Shown piece by piece: positions 1 to 15,000 of a stretch of 64,000 nt of DNA. The position numbers and the translations under genes are program-made. The stretch is from Eledone cirrhosa (taxonomy: Eukaryota): the NCBI GenBank assembly GCA_964016885.1, contig OZ024743.1, forward strand, positions 220,410,001-220,474,000, given 5' to 3'. The stretch's first letter is position 1. Every line of letters begins with the position of its first letter. Below the pieces are notes generated by a model. It saw only the letters and a program-made list of their open reading frames with translations, made no database searches and was not told the DNA's origin.

Positions 1-3000
1 ATAACTGTTTCTACTTTAGGTACAAGGCCAGCAATTACCCAGTGTATTAATGTATAATAACTGTTTCTACTTCAGGTACATGGCCAGCAATTACCCATTG
101 TATTAATGTATAATAACTGTTTCTACTTTAGATACAAGGCCAGCAATTACCCAGTGTATTAATGTATAATAACTGTTTCTACTTTAGATACAAGGCCAGC
201 AATTACCCAGAGTATTAATGTATAATAACTGTTTCTACTTTAGGTACAAGGCCAGCAATTACCCAGTGTATTAATGTATAATAACTGTTTCTACTTTAGG
301 TACAAGGCCAGCAATTACCCAGTAAATTAATGTATAATAATTGTTTCTACTTCAGGTACAAGGCCAGCAATTACCCAGTGTATTAATGTATAATAACTGT
401 TTCTACTTTAGGTACAAGGCCAGCAATTACCCAGTGTATTAATGTATAATAACTGTTTCTACTTTAGGTACAAGGCCATCAATTACCCAGTACATTAATG
501 TATAATAACTGTTTCTACTTTAGGTACAAGGCCAGCTATTACCCAGTACATTAATGTATAATAACTGTTTCTACTTTAGGTACAAGGCCAGCAATTACCC
601 AGTGTACTAATGTATAATAATTGTTTCTACTTTAGGTACAAGGCCAGCAATTACCCACTACATTAATGTATAATAACTGTTTCTACTTTAGGTACAAGGC
701 CTGCAATTACCCAGCGTATTAATGTATAAAAACTGTTTCTACTTTAGGTACAAGGCCAGCAATTACCCAGTGTATTAATGTATAATAACTGTTTCTACTT
801 TAGGTACAAGGCCAGCAATTACCCAGTGTATTAATGTATAATAACTGTTTCTACTTTAGGTACAAGGCCTGCAATTACCCAGCGTATTAATGTATAATAA
901 CTGTTTCTACTTTAGGTACAAAGCCAGCAATTACCCAGTGTATTAATGTATAATAACTGTTTCTACTTTAGGTACAAGGCCAGCAATTACCCAGTGTATT
1001 AATGTATAATAACTGTTTCTACTTTAGGTACGAGGCCAGCAATTACCCAGTGTATTAATGTATAATAACTGTTTCTACTTTAGGTACAAGGCCAGTAATT
1101 ACCCAGTACATTAATGTATAAAAACTGTTTCTACTTTAGGTACAAGGCCAGCAATTACCCAGTGTATTAATGTATAATAACTGTTTCTACTTTAGGTACA
1201 AGGCCTGCAATTACCCAGCGTATTAATGTATAATAACTGTTTCTACTTTAGGTACAAGGCCAGCAATTACCCAGTGTATTAATGTATAATAACTGTTTCT
1301 ACTTTAGGTACAAGGCCAGCAATTACCCAGTGTATTAATGTATAATAACTGTTTCTAATTTAGGTACAAGGCCAGCAATTACCCAGTGTATTAATGTATA
1401 ATAACTGTTTCTACTTTAGGTACAAGGCCAGCAATTACCCAGTGTATTAATGTATAATAACTGTTTCTACTTTAGGTACAAAGCCAGCAATTACCCAGTG
1501 TATTAATGTATAATAACTGTTTCTACTTTAGGTACAAGGCCAGCAATTACCCAGTGTATCAATGTATAATAACTGTTTCTACTTTAGGTACAAGGCCAGC
1601 AATTACCCAGTACATTAATGTATAATAACTGTTTCTACTTTAGGCACGAGGCCAGCAATTACCCAGTACATTAATGTATAATAACTATTTCTACTTCAGG
1701 TACAAGGCCAGCAATTACCCAGTGTATTAATGTATAATAACTGTTTCTACTTTAGGTACAAGGCCAGCAATTACCCAGTGTATTAATTTATAATAACAGT
1801 TTCTACTTTAGGTACAAGGCCAGCAATTACCCAGTACATTAATGTATAATAACTGTTTCTACTTTAGGTACAAGGCCAGCAATTACCCAGTACATTAATG
1901 TATAATAACTATTTCTACTTTAGGTACAAGGCCAGCAATTACCCAGTGTATTAATGTATAATAACTGTTTCTACTTTAGGTACAAGGCCAGCAATTACCC
2001 AGTGTATTACTGTATAATAACTGTTTCTACTTTAGGTTAAAGGCCAGCAATTACCCAGTGTATTAATGTATAATAACTGTTTCTAATTTAGGTACAAGGC
2101 CAGCAATTACCCAGTGTATCAATGTATAATAACTGTTTCTACTTTAGGTACAAGGCCAGCAATTACCCAGTACATTAATGTATAATAACTGTTTCTACTT
2201 TAGGTACAAGGCCAGCAATTACCCAGTACATTAATGTATAATAACTGTTTCTACTTTAGGCACAAGGCCAGCAATTACCCAGTGTATTAATGTATAATAA
2301 CTGTTTCTACTTTAGATACAAGGCCAGCAATTACCCAGTACATTAATGTATAATAACTGTTTCTACTTTAGGTACAAGGCCAGCAATTACCCAGTGTATT
2401 AATGTATAATAACTGTTTCTACTTTAGGTACAAGGCCAGCAATTACGCAGTGAATTAATGTATAATAACTGTTTCTACTTTAGGTACAAGGCCAGCAATT
2501 ACCCACTACATTAATGTATAATAACTGTTTCTACTTTAGGTACAAGGCCAGCAATTACCCAGTGTATTAATGTATAATAACTGTTTCTACTTTAGGTACA
2601 AGGCCAGCAATTACCCACTACATTAATGTATAATAACTGTTTCTACTTTAGGTACAAGGCCAGCAATTACCCAGTGTATTAATGTATAATAACTGTTTCT
2701 ACTTTAGGTACAAGGTCAGCAATTACCCAGTGTATTAATGTATAATAACTGTTTCTACTTTAGGTACAAGGCCAGCAATTACCCAGTGTATTAATGTATA
2801 ATAACTGTTTCTACTTTAGGTACAAGGCCAGCAATTACCCAGTGTATTAATGTATAATAACTGTTTCTACTTTAGGTACAAGGCCAGCAATTACCCAGTA
2901 CATTAATGTATAATAACTGTTTCTACTTTAGGTACAAGGCCAGCAATTACCCAGTGTATTAATGTATAATAACTGTTTCTACTTTAGGTACAAGGCCAGC

Positions 3001-6000
3001 AATTACCCAGTGTATTAATGTATAATTACTGTTTCTACTTTAGGTACAAGGCCAGCAATTACCCAGTGTATTAATGTATAATAACTGTTTCTACTTTAGG
3101 TACAAGGCCAGCAATTACCCAGTGTATTAATGTATAATAACTGTTTCTACTTTAGGTACAAGGCCAGCAATTACCCAGTACATCAATGTATAATAACTGT
3201 TTCTACTTTAGGTACAAGGCCAGCAATTACCCAGTGTATTAATGTATAATAACTGTTTCTACTTTAGGTACAAGGCCAGCAATTACCCAGTGTATTAATG
3301 TATAATTACTGTTTCTACTTTAGGTACAAGGCCAGCAATTACCCAGTGTATTAATGTATAATAACTGTTTCTACTTTAAGTACAAGGCCAGCAATTACCC
3401 AGTGTATTAATGTATAATAACTGTTTCTACTTCAGGTACATGGCCAGCAATTACCCATTGTATTAATGTATAATAACTGTTTCTACTTTAGATACAAGGC
3501 CAGCAATTACCCAGTGTATTAATGTATAATAACTGTTTCTACTTTAGATACAAGGCCAGCAATTACCCAGAGTATTAATGTATAATAACTGTTTCTACTT
3601 TAGGTACAAGGCCAGCAATTACCCAGTGTATTAATGTATAATAACTGTTTCTACTTTAGGTACAAGGCCAGCAATTACCCAGTAAATTAATGTATAATAA
3701 TTGTTTCTACTTCAGGTACAAGGCCAGCAATTACCCAGTGTATTAATGTATAATAACTGTTTCTACTTTAGGTACAAGGCCAGCAATTACGCAGTGTATT
3801 AATGTATAATAACTGTTTCTACTTTAGGTACAAGGCCAGCAATTACCCAGTGTATTAATGTATAATAACTGTTTCTACTTTAGGTACAAGGCCAGCAATT
3901 ACCCAGTGTATTAATGTATAATAACTGTTTCTACTTCAGGTACAAGGCCAGCAATTACCCAGTATATTAATGTATAATAACTGTTTCTACTTTAGGTACA
4001 AGGCCAGCAATTACCCAGTGTATTAATGTATAATAACTGTTTCTACTTCAGGTACAAGGTCAGCAATTACCCAGTGTATTAATGTATAATAACTGTTTCT
4101 ACTTTAGGCACAAGGCCAGCAATTACCCAGTGTATTAATGTATAATAACTGTTTCTACTTTAGGTACAAGGTCAGCAATTACCCAGTGTATTAATTTATA
4201 ATAACTGTTTCTACTTTAGGTACAATGCCAGCAATTACCCAGTGTATTAATGTATAATAACTGTTTCTACTGTAGGTTAAAGGCCAGCAATTACCCAGTG
4301 TATTAATGTATAATAACTGTTTCTAATTTAGGTACAAGGCCAGCAATTACCCAGTACATTAATGTATAATAACTGTTTCTACTTTAGGCACAAGGCCAGC
4401 AATTACCCAGTGTATTAATGTATAATAACTGTTTCTACTTTAGGTACAAGGCCAGCAATTACCCAGTACATTAATGTATAATAACTGTTTCTACTTTAGG
4501 TACAAGGCCAGCAATTACCCAGTGTATTAATGTATAATAACTGTTTCTACTTTAGGCACAAGGCCAGCAATTACCCAGTGTATTAATGTATAATAACTGT
4601 TTCTACTTTAGGTACAAGGCCAGCAATTACCCAGTACATTAATGTATAATTACTGTTTCTACTTTAGGTACAAGGCCAGCAATTACCCAGTGTATTAATG
4701 TATAATAACTGTTTCTACTTCAGGTACATGGCCAGCAATTACCCATTGTACTAATGTATAATAACTGTTTCTACTTTAGATACAAGGCCAGCAATTACCC
4801 AGTGTATTAATGTATAATAACTGTTTCTACTTTAGGTACAAGGCCAGCAATTACCCAGTGTATTAATGTATAATAACTGTTTCTACTTTAGGTACAAGGC
4901 CAGCAATTACCCAGTGTATCAATGTATAATAACTGTTTCTACTTTAGGTACAAGGCCATCAATTACCCAGTACATTAATGTATAATAACTGTTTCTACTT
5001 TAGGTACAAGGCCAGCAATTACCCAGTACATTAATGTATAATAACTGTTACTACTTTAGGCACAAGGCCAGCAATTACCCAGAGTATTAATGTATAATAA
5101 CTGTTTCTACTTTAGGTACAAGGCCAGCAATTACCCAGTACATTAATGTATAATAACTGTTTCTACTTTAGGTACAAGGCCAGCAATTACCCAGTGTATT
5201 AATGTATAATAACTGTTTCTACTTTAGGTACAAGGCCAGCAATTACCCAGTGTATTAATGTATAATAACTGATTGTACTTTAGGTACAAGGCCAGCAATT
5301 ACCCAGTGTATTAATGTATAATAACTGTTTCTACTTTAGATACAAGGCCAGCAATTACCCAGTACATTAATGTATAATAACTGTTTCTACTTTAGGTACA
5401 AGGCCAGCAATTACCCAGTGTATTAATGTATAATAACTGTTTCTACTTTAGGTACAAGGCCAGCAATTACGCAGTGTATTAATGTATAATAACTGTTTCT
5501 ACTTTAGGTACAAGGCCAGCAATTACCCACTACATTAATGTATAATAACTGTTTCTACTTTAGGTACAAGGCCAGCAATTACCCAGTGTATTAATGTATA
5601 ATAACTGTTTCTACTTTAGGTACAAGGCCAGCAATTACCCACTACATTAATGTATAATAACTGTTTCTACTTTAGGTACAAGGCCAGCAATTACCCAGAG
5701 TATTAATGTATAATAACTGTTTCTACTTTAGGTACAAGGTCAGCAATTACCCAGTGTATTAATGTATAATAACTGTTTCTACTTTAGGTACAAGGCCAGC
5801 AATTACCCAGTGTATTAATGTATAATAACAGTTTCTACTTTAGGTACAAGGCCAGCAATTACCCACTATATTAATGTATAATAACTGTTTCTACTTCAGG
5901 TACAAGGCCAGCAATTACCCAGTGTATTAATGTATAATAACTGTTTCTACTTCAGGTACAAGGCCAGCAATTACCCAGTGTATTAATGTATAATAACTGT

Positions 6001-9000
6001 TTCTACTTTAGGTACAAGGCCAGCAATTACCCAGTACATTAATGTACAATAACTGTTTCTACTTTAGGTACAAGGCCAGCAATTACCCAGTGTATTAATG
6101 TATAATAACTGTTTCTACTTTAGGTACTAGGCCAGCAATTACCCAGTGTATTAATGTATAATAACTGTTTCTACTTTAGGTACAAAGTCAGCAATTACCC
6201 AGTGTATTAATGTATAATAACTGTTTCTACTTTAGGTACAAGGCCAGCAATTACCCAGTACATTAATGTATAATAACTGTTTCTACTTTAGGTACAAGGC
6301 CAGCAATTACCCAGTGTATTAATGTATAATAACTGTTTCTACTTTAGGTACAAAGTCAGCAATTACCCAGTGTATTAATGTATAATAACTGTTTCTACTT
6401 TAGGTACAAGGTCAGCAATTACCCAGTGTATTAATGTATAATAACTGTTTCTACTTTAGGTACAAGGCCAGCAATTACCCAGTGTATTAATGTATAATAA
6501 CTGTTTCTACTTCAGGTACATGGCCATCAATTACCCAGTACATTAATGTATAATAACTGTTTCTACTTTAGGTACAAGGCCAGCAATTACCCAGTGTATT
6601 AATGTATAATAACTGTTTCTACTTTAGGTACAAGGCCAGCAATTACCCAGTGTATTAATGTATAATAACTGTTTCTACTTCAGGTACATGGCCATCAATT
6701 ACCCAGTACATTAATGTATAATAACTGTTTCTACTTTAGGCACAAGGCCAGGAATTACCCAGTGTATTAATGTATAATAACTGTTTCTACTTTAGGTACA
6801 AGGCCAGCAATTACCCAGTACATTAATGTATAATAACTGTTTCTACTTTAGGTACAAGGCCAGCAATTACCCAGTGTATTAATGTATAATAACTGTTTCT
6901 ACTTTAGGTACAAGGCCAGCAATTACCCAGTACATTAATGTATAATAACTGTTTCTACTTTAGGTACAAGGCCAGCAATTACCCAGTGTATTAATGTATA
7001 ATAACTGTTTCTACTTTAGGTACAAGGCCAGCAATTACCCAGTGTATTAATGTATAATAACTGTTTCTACTTTAGGTACAAGGTCAGCAATTACCCAGTG
7101 TATTAATTTATAATAACTGTTTCTACTTTAGGTACAAGGCCAGCAATTACCCAGTAAATAATGTATAATAACTGATTGTACTTTAGGTACAAGGCCAGCA
7201 ATTACCCAGTGTATTAATGTATAATAACTGTTTCTACTTTAGGTACAAGGCCAGCAATTACCCAGTGTATTAATGTATAATAACTGTTTCTACTTTAGGT
7301 TAAAGGCCAGCAATTACCCAGTACATTAATGTATAATAACTGTTTCTACTTTAGGCACAAGGCCAGCAATTACCCAGTGTATTAATGTATAATAACGGTT
7401 TCTACTTTAGGTACAAGGCCAGCAATTACCCAGTACATTAATGTATAATAACTGTTTCTACTTTAGGTACAAGGCCAGCAATTACCCAGTGTATTAATGT
7501 ATAATAACTGTTTCTACTTTAGGTACAAGGCCAGCAATTACCCAGTGTATTAATGTATAATAACTGTTTCTACTTTAGGTACAAGGCCAGCAATTACCCA
7601 GTGTATTAATGTATAATAACTGTTTCTACTTTAGGTACAGGGCCAGCAATTACCCAGTGTATTAATGTATAATAACTGTTTCTACTTTAGGTACAAGGCC
7701 AGCAATTACCCAGTGTATTAATGTATAATAACTGTTTCTACTTTAGGTACAAGGCCAGCAATTACCCAGTGTATTAATGTATAATAACTGTTTCTACTTC
7801 AGGTACAAGGCCAGCAATTACCCAGTATATTAATGTATAATAACTGTTTCTACTTTAGGTTCAAGGCCAGCAATTACCCAGTGTATTAATGTATAATAAC
7901 TGTTTCTGCTTTAGGTACAAGGCCAGCAATTACCCAGTGTATTAATGTATAATAACTGTTTCTACTTCAGGTACAAGGTCAGCAATTACCCAGTGTATTA
8001 ATGTATAATAACTGTTTCTACTTCAGGTACAAGGTCAGCAATTACCCAGTGTATTAATGTATAATAACTGTTTCTACTTCAGGTACAAGGTCAGCAATTA
8101 CCCAGTATATTAATGTATAATAACTGTTTCTACTTTAGGTACAAGGCCAGCAATTACCCAGTGTATTAATGTATAATAACTGTTTCTACTTCAGGTACAA
8201 GGTCAGCAATTACCCAGTATATTAATGTATAATAACTGTTTCTACTTTAGGTACAAGGCCAGCAATTACCCAGTGTATTAATGTATAATAACTGTTTCTA
8301 CTTTAGGTACAAGGCCAGCAATTACCCAGTGTATTAATGTATAATAACTGTTTCTACTTCAGGTACAAGGCCAGCAATTACCCAGTATATTAATGTATAA
8401 TAACTGTTTCTACTTTAGGTACAAGGCCAGCAATTACCCAGTGTATTAATGTATAATAACTGTTTCTACTTCAGGTACAAGGTCAGCAATTACCCAGTGT
8501 ATTAATGTATAATAACTGTTTCTACTTTAGGTACAAGGCCAGCAATTACCCAGTGTATTAATGTATAATAACTGTTTCTACTTCAGGTACAAGGTCAGCA
8601 ATTACCCAGTGTATTAATGTATAATAACTGTTTCTACTTCAGGTACAAGGTCAGCAATTACCCAGTGTATTAATGTATAATAACTGTTTCTACTTCAGGT
8701 ACAAGGTCAGCAATTACCCAGTGTATTAATGTATAATAACTGTTTCTACTTTAGGCACAAGGCCAGCAATTACCCAGTGTATTAATGTATAATAACTGTT
8801 TCTACTTTAGGTACAAGGTCAGCAATTACCCAGTGTATTAATTTATAATAACTGTTTCTACTTTAGGTACAATGCCAGCAATTACCCAGTGTATTAATGT
8901 ATAATAACTGTTTCTACTTTAGGTTAAAGGCCAGCAATTACCCAGTACATTAATGTATAATAACTGTTTCTACTTTAGGCACAAGGCCAGCAATTACCCA

Positions 9001-12000
9001 GTGTATTAATGTATAATAACTGTTTCTACTTTAGGTACAAGGCCAGCAATTACCCAGTACATTAATGTATAATTACTGTTTCTACTTTAGGTACAAGGCC
9101 AGCAATTACCCAGTGTATTAATGTATAATAACTGTTTCTACTTCAGGTACATGGCCAGCAATTACCCATTGTACTAATGTATAATAACTGTTTCTACTTT
9201 AGATACAAGGCCAGCAATTACCCAGTGTATTAATGTATAATAACTGTTTCTACTTCAGGTACATGGCCAGCAATTACCCATTGTACTAATGTATAATAAC
9301 TGTTTCTACTTTAGATACAAGGCCAGCAATTACCCAGTGTATTAATGTATAATAACTGTTTCTACTTTAGGTACAAGGCCAGCAATTACCCAGTACATTA
9401 ATGTATAATAACTGTTTCTACTTTAGGCACAAGGCCAGCAATTACCCAGTGTATTAATGTATAATAACTGTTTCTACTTCAGGTACATGGCCAGCAATTA
9501 CCCATTGTACTAATGTATAATAACTGTTTCTACTTTAGATACAAGGCCAGCAATTACCCAGTGTATTAATGTATAATAACTGTTTCTACTTCAGGTACAT
9601 GGCCAGCAATTACCCATTGTACTAATGTATAATAACTGTTTCTACTTTAGATACAAGGCCAGCAATTACCCAGTGTATTAATGTATAATAACTGTTTCTA
9701 CTTTAGGTACAAGGCCAGCAATTACCCAGTACATTAATGTATAATAACTGTTTCTACTTTAGGCACAAGGCCAGCAATTACCCAGTGTATTAATGTATAA
9801 TAACTGTTTCTACTTTAGGTACAAGGCCAGCAATTACCCAGTACATTAATGTATAATTACTGTTTCTACTTTAGGTACAAGGCCAGCAATTACCCAGTGT
9901 ATTAATGTATAATAACTGTTTCTACTTCAGGTACATGGCCAGCAATTACCCATTGTACTAATGTATAATAACTGTTTCTACTTTAGATACAAGGCCAGCA
10001 ATTACCCAGTGTATTAATGTATAATAACTGTTTCTACTTCAGGTACATGGCCAGCAATTACCCATTGTACTAATGTATAATAACTGTTTCTACTTTAGAT
10101 ACAAGGCCAGCAATTACCCAGTGTATTAATGTATAATAACTGTTTCTACTTCAGGTACATGGCCAGCAATTACCCATTGTACTAATGTATAATAACTGTT
10201 TCTACTTTAGATACAAGGCCAGCAATTACCCAGTGTATTAATGTATAATAACTGTTTCTACTTTAGGTACAAGGCCAGCAATTACCCAGTGTATTAATGT
10301 ATAATAACTGTTTCTACTTTAGGTACAAGGCCAGCAATTACCCAGTGTATTAATGTATAATAACTGTTTCTACTTTAGGTACAAGGCCAGCAATTACCCA
10401 GTGTATTAATGTATAATAACTGTTTCTACTTTAGGCACAAGGCCAGCAATTACCCAGTGTATTAATGTATAATAACTGTTTCTACTTTAGGTACAAGGCC
10501 AGCAATTACCCAGTGTATTAATGTATAATAACTGTTTCTACTTTAGGTACAAGGCCAGCAATTACCCAGTGTATTAATGTATAATAACTGTTTCTACTTT
10601 AGGTACAAAGCCAGCAATTACCCAGTGTACTAATGTATAATAACTGTTTCTACTTTAGGTACAAGGCCAGCAATTACCCAGTGTATCAATGTATAATAAC
10701 TGTTTCTACTTTAGGTACAAGGCCAGCAATTACCCAGTACATTAATGTATAATAACTGTTTCTACTTTAGGTACAAAGCCAGCAATTACCCAGTGTACTA
10801 ATGTATAATAACTGTTTCTACTTTAGGTACAAGGCCAGCAATTACCCAGTGTATCAATTTATAATAACTGTTTCTACTTTAGGTACAAGGCCATCAATTA
10901 CCCAGTACATTAATGTATAATAACTGTTTCTACTTTAGGTACAAGGCCAGCAATTACCCAGTACATTAATGTATAATAACTGTTACTACTTTAGGCACAA
11001 GGCCAGCAATTACCCAGTGTATAAATGTATAATAACTGTTTCTACTTTAGGTACAAGGCCAGCAATTACCCAGTACATTAATGTATAATAACTGTATCTA
11101 CTTTAGGTACAAGGCCAGCAATTACCCAGTGTATTAATGTATAATAACTGTTTCTACTTTAGGTACAAGGCCAGCAATTACCCAGTGTATTAATGTATAA
11201 TAACTGTTTCTACTTTAGGTACAAGGCCAGCAATTACGCAGTGTATTAATGTATAATAACTGTTTCTACTTTAGGTACAAGGCCAGCAATTACCCACTAC
11301 ATTAATGTATAATAACTGTTTCTACTTTAGGTACAAGGCCAGCAATTACCCAGTGTATTAATGTATAATAACTGTTTCTACTTTAGGTACAAGGCCAGCA
11401 ATTACCCACTACATTAATGTATAATAACTGTTTCTACTTTAGGTACAAGGCCAGCAATTACCCAGAGTATTAATGTATAATAACTGTTTCTACTTTAGGT
11501 ACAAGGTCAGCAATTACCCAGTGTATTAATGTATAATAACTGTTTCTACTTTAGGTACAAGGCCAGCAATTACCCAGTGTATTAATGTATAATAACTGTT
11601 TCTACTTTAGATACAAGGCCAGCAATTACCCAGTACATTAATGTATAATAACTGTTTCTACTTTAGGTACAAGGCCAGCAATTACCCAGTGTATTAATGT
11701 ATAATAACTGTTTCTACTTTAGGTACAAGGCCAGCAATTACGCAGTGTATTAATGTATAATAACTGTTTCTACTTTAGGTACAAGGCCAGCAATTACCCA
11801 GTGTATTAATGTATAATAACTGTTTCTACTTTAGGTACAAGGCCAGCAATTACCCAGTGTATTAATGTATAATAACTGTTTCTACTTTAGGTACAAGGCC
11901 AGCAATTACCCAGTAAATTAATGTATAATAACTGTTTCTACTTTAGGTACAAGGCCAGCAATTACCCAGTGTATTAATGTATAATAACTGTTTCTACTTT

Positions 12001-15000
12001 AGGTACAAGGCCAGCAATTACCCAGTGTATTAATGTATAATAACTGTTTCTACTTTAGGTACAAAGCCAGCAATTACCCAGTGTACTAATGTATAATAAC
12101 TGTTTCTACTTTAGGTACAAGGCCAGCAATTACCCAGTGTATCAATGTATAATAACTGTTTCTACTTTAGGTACAAGGCCAGCAATTACCCAGTACATTA
12201 ATGTATAATAACTGTTTCTACTTTAGGTACAAAGCCAGCAATTACCCAGTGTACTAATGTATAATAACTGTTTCTACTTTAGGCACAAGGCCAGCAATTA
12301 CCCAGTGTATTAATGTATAATAACTGTTTCTACTTTAGGTACAAGGCCAGCAATTACCCAGTGTATTAATGTATAATAACTGTTTCTACTTTAGGCACAA
12401 GGCCAGCAATTACCCAGTGTATTAATGTATAATAACTGTTTCTACTTTAGGTACAAGGCCAGCAATTACCCAGTGTATCAATGTATAATAACTGTTTCTA
12501 CTTTAGGTACAAGGCCAGCAATTACCCAGTACATTAATGTATAATAACTGTTTCTACTTTAGGTACAAGGCCAGCAATTACCCAGTACATTAATGTATAA
12601 TAACTGTTACTACTTTAGGCACAAGGCCAGCAATTACCCAGTGTATTAATGTATAATAACTGTTTCTACTTTAGGTACAAGGCCAGCAATTACCCAGTAC
12701 ATTAATGTATAATAACTGTATCTACTTTAGGTACAAGGCCAGCAATTACCCAGTGTATTAATGTATAATAACTGTTTCTACTTTAGGTACAAGGCCAGCA
12801 ATTACGCAGTGTATTAATGTATAATAACTGTTTCTACTTTAGGTACAAGGCCAGCAATTACCCAGTGTATTAATGTATAATAACTGTTTCTACTTTAGGT
12901 TCAAGGCCAGCAATTACCCAGTACATTAATGTATAATAACTGTTTCTACTTTAGGTACAAGGCCAGCAATTACCCAGTGTATTAATGTATAATAACTGTT
13001 TCTACTTTAGATACAAGGCCAGCAATTACCCAGTACATTAATGTATAATAACTGTTTCTACTTTAGGTACAAGGCCAGCAATTACCCAGTGTATTAATGT
13101 ATAATAACTGTTTCTACTTTAGGTACAAGGCCAGCAATTACGCAGTGTATTAATGTATAATAACTGTTTCTACTTTAGGTACAAGGCCAGCAATTACCCA
13201 CTACATTAATGTATAATAACTGTTTCTACTTTAGGTACAAGGCCAGCAATTACCCAGTGTATTAATGTATAATAACTGTTTCTACTTTAGGTACAAGGCC
13301 AGCAATTACCCACTACATTAATGTATAATAACTGTTTCTACTTTAGGTACAAGGCCAGCAATTACCCAGAGTATTAATGTATAATAACTGTTTCTACTTT
13401 AGGTACAAGGTCAGCAATTACCAGTGTATTAATGTATAATAACTGTTTCTACTTTAGGTACAAGGCCAGCAATTACCCAGTGTATTAATGTATAATAACT
13501 GTTTCTACTTTAGGTACAAGGCCAGCAATTACCCACTATATTAATGTATAATAACTGTTTCTACTTCAGGTACAAGGCCAGCAATTACCCAGTGTATTAA
13601 TGTATAATAACTGTTTCAACTTTAGGTACAAGGCCAGCAATTACCCAGTACATTAATGTACAATAACTGTTTCTACTTTAGGTACAAGGCCAGCAATTAC
13701 CCAGTACATTAATGTATAATAACTGTTTCTACTTTAGGTACAAGGCCAGCAATTACCCAGTGTATTAATGTATAATAACTGTTTCTACTTTAGGTACAAG
13801 GCCAGCAATTACCCAGTGTATTAATGTATAATAACTGTTTCTACTTTAGGTACAAGGCCAGCAATTACCCAGTGTATTAATGTATAATAACTGTTTCTAC
13901 TTTAGGTACAAAGTCAGCAATTACCCAGTGTATTAATGTATAATAACTGTTTCTACTTTAGGCACAAGGCCAGCAATTACCCAGTGTATTAATGTATAAT
14001 AACTGTTTCTACTTTAGGTACAAGGTCAGCAATTACCCAGTGTATTAATTTATAATAACTGTTTCTACTTTAGGTACAAGGCCAGCAATTACCCAGTAAA
14101 TAATGTATAATAACTGATTGTACTTTAGGTACAAGGCCAGCAATTACCCAGTGTATTAATGTATAATAACTGTTTCTACTTTAGGTACAAGGCCAGCAAT
14201 TACCCAGTGTATTAATGTATAATAACTGTTTCTACTTTAGGTTAAAGGCCAGCAATTACCCAGTGTATTAATGTATAATAACTGTTTATAATTTAGGTAC
14301 AAGGTCAGCAATTACCCAGTACATTAATGTATAATAACTGTTTCTACTTTAGGCACAAGGCCAGCAATTACCCAGTGTATTAATGTATAATAACGGTTTC
14401 TACTTTAGGTACAAGGCCAGCAATTACCCAGTACATTAATGTATAATTACTGTTTCTACTTTAGGTACAAGGCCAGCAATTACCCAGTGTATTAATGTAT
14501 AATAACTGTTTCTACTTTAGGCACAAGGCCAGCAATTACCCAGTGTATTAATGTATAATAACTGTTTCTACTTTAGGTACAAGGCCAGCAATTACCCAGT
14601 GTATTAATGTATAATAACTGCTTCTACTTTAGATACAAGGCCAGCAATTACCCAGTGTATTAATGTATAATAACTGTTTCTACTTTAGGTACAAGGCCAG
14701 CAATTACCCAGTGTATTAATGTATAATAACTGTTTCTACTTTAGGTACAAGGCCAGCAATTACCCAGTGTATTAATGTATAATAACTGTTTCTACTTTAG
14801 GTACAAGGCCAGCAATTACCCAGTGTATTAATGTATAATAACTGTTTCTACTTTAGGTTCAAGGCCAGCAATTACCCAGTGTATTAATGTATAATAACTG
14901 TTTCTACTTTAGGTACAAGGCCAGCAATTACCCAGTGTATTAATGTATAATAACTGTTTCTACTTTAGGTACAAGGCCAGCAATTACCCAGTGTATTAAT

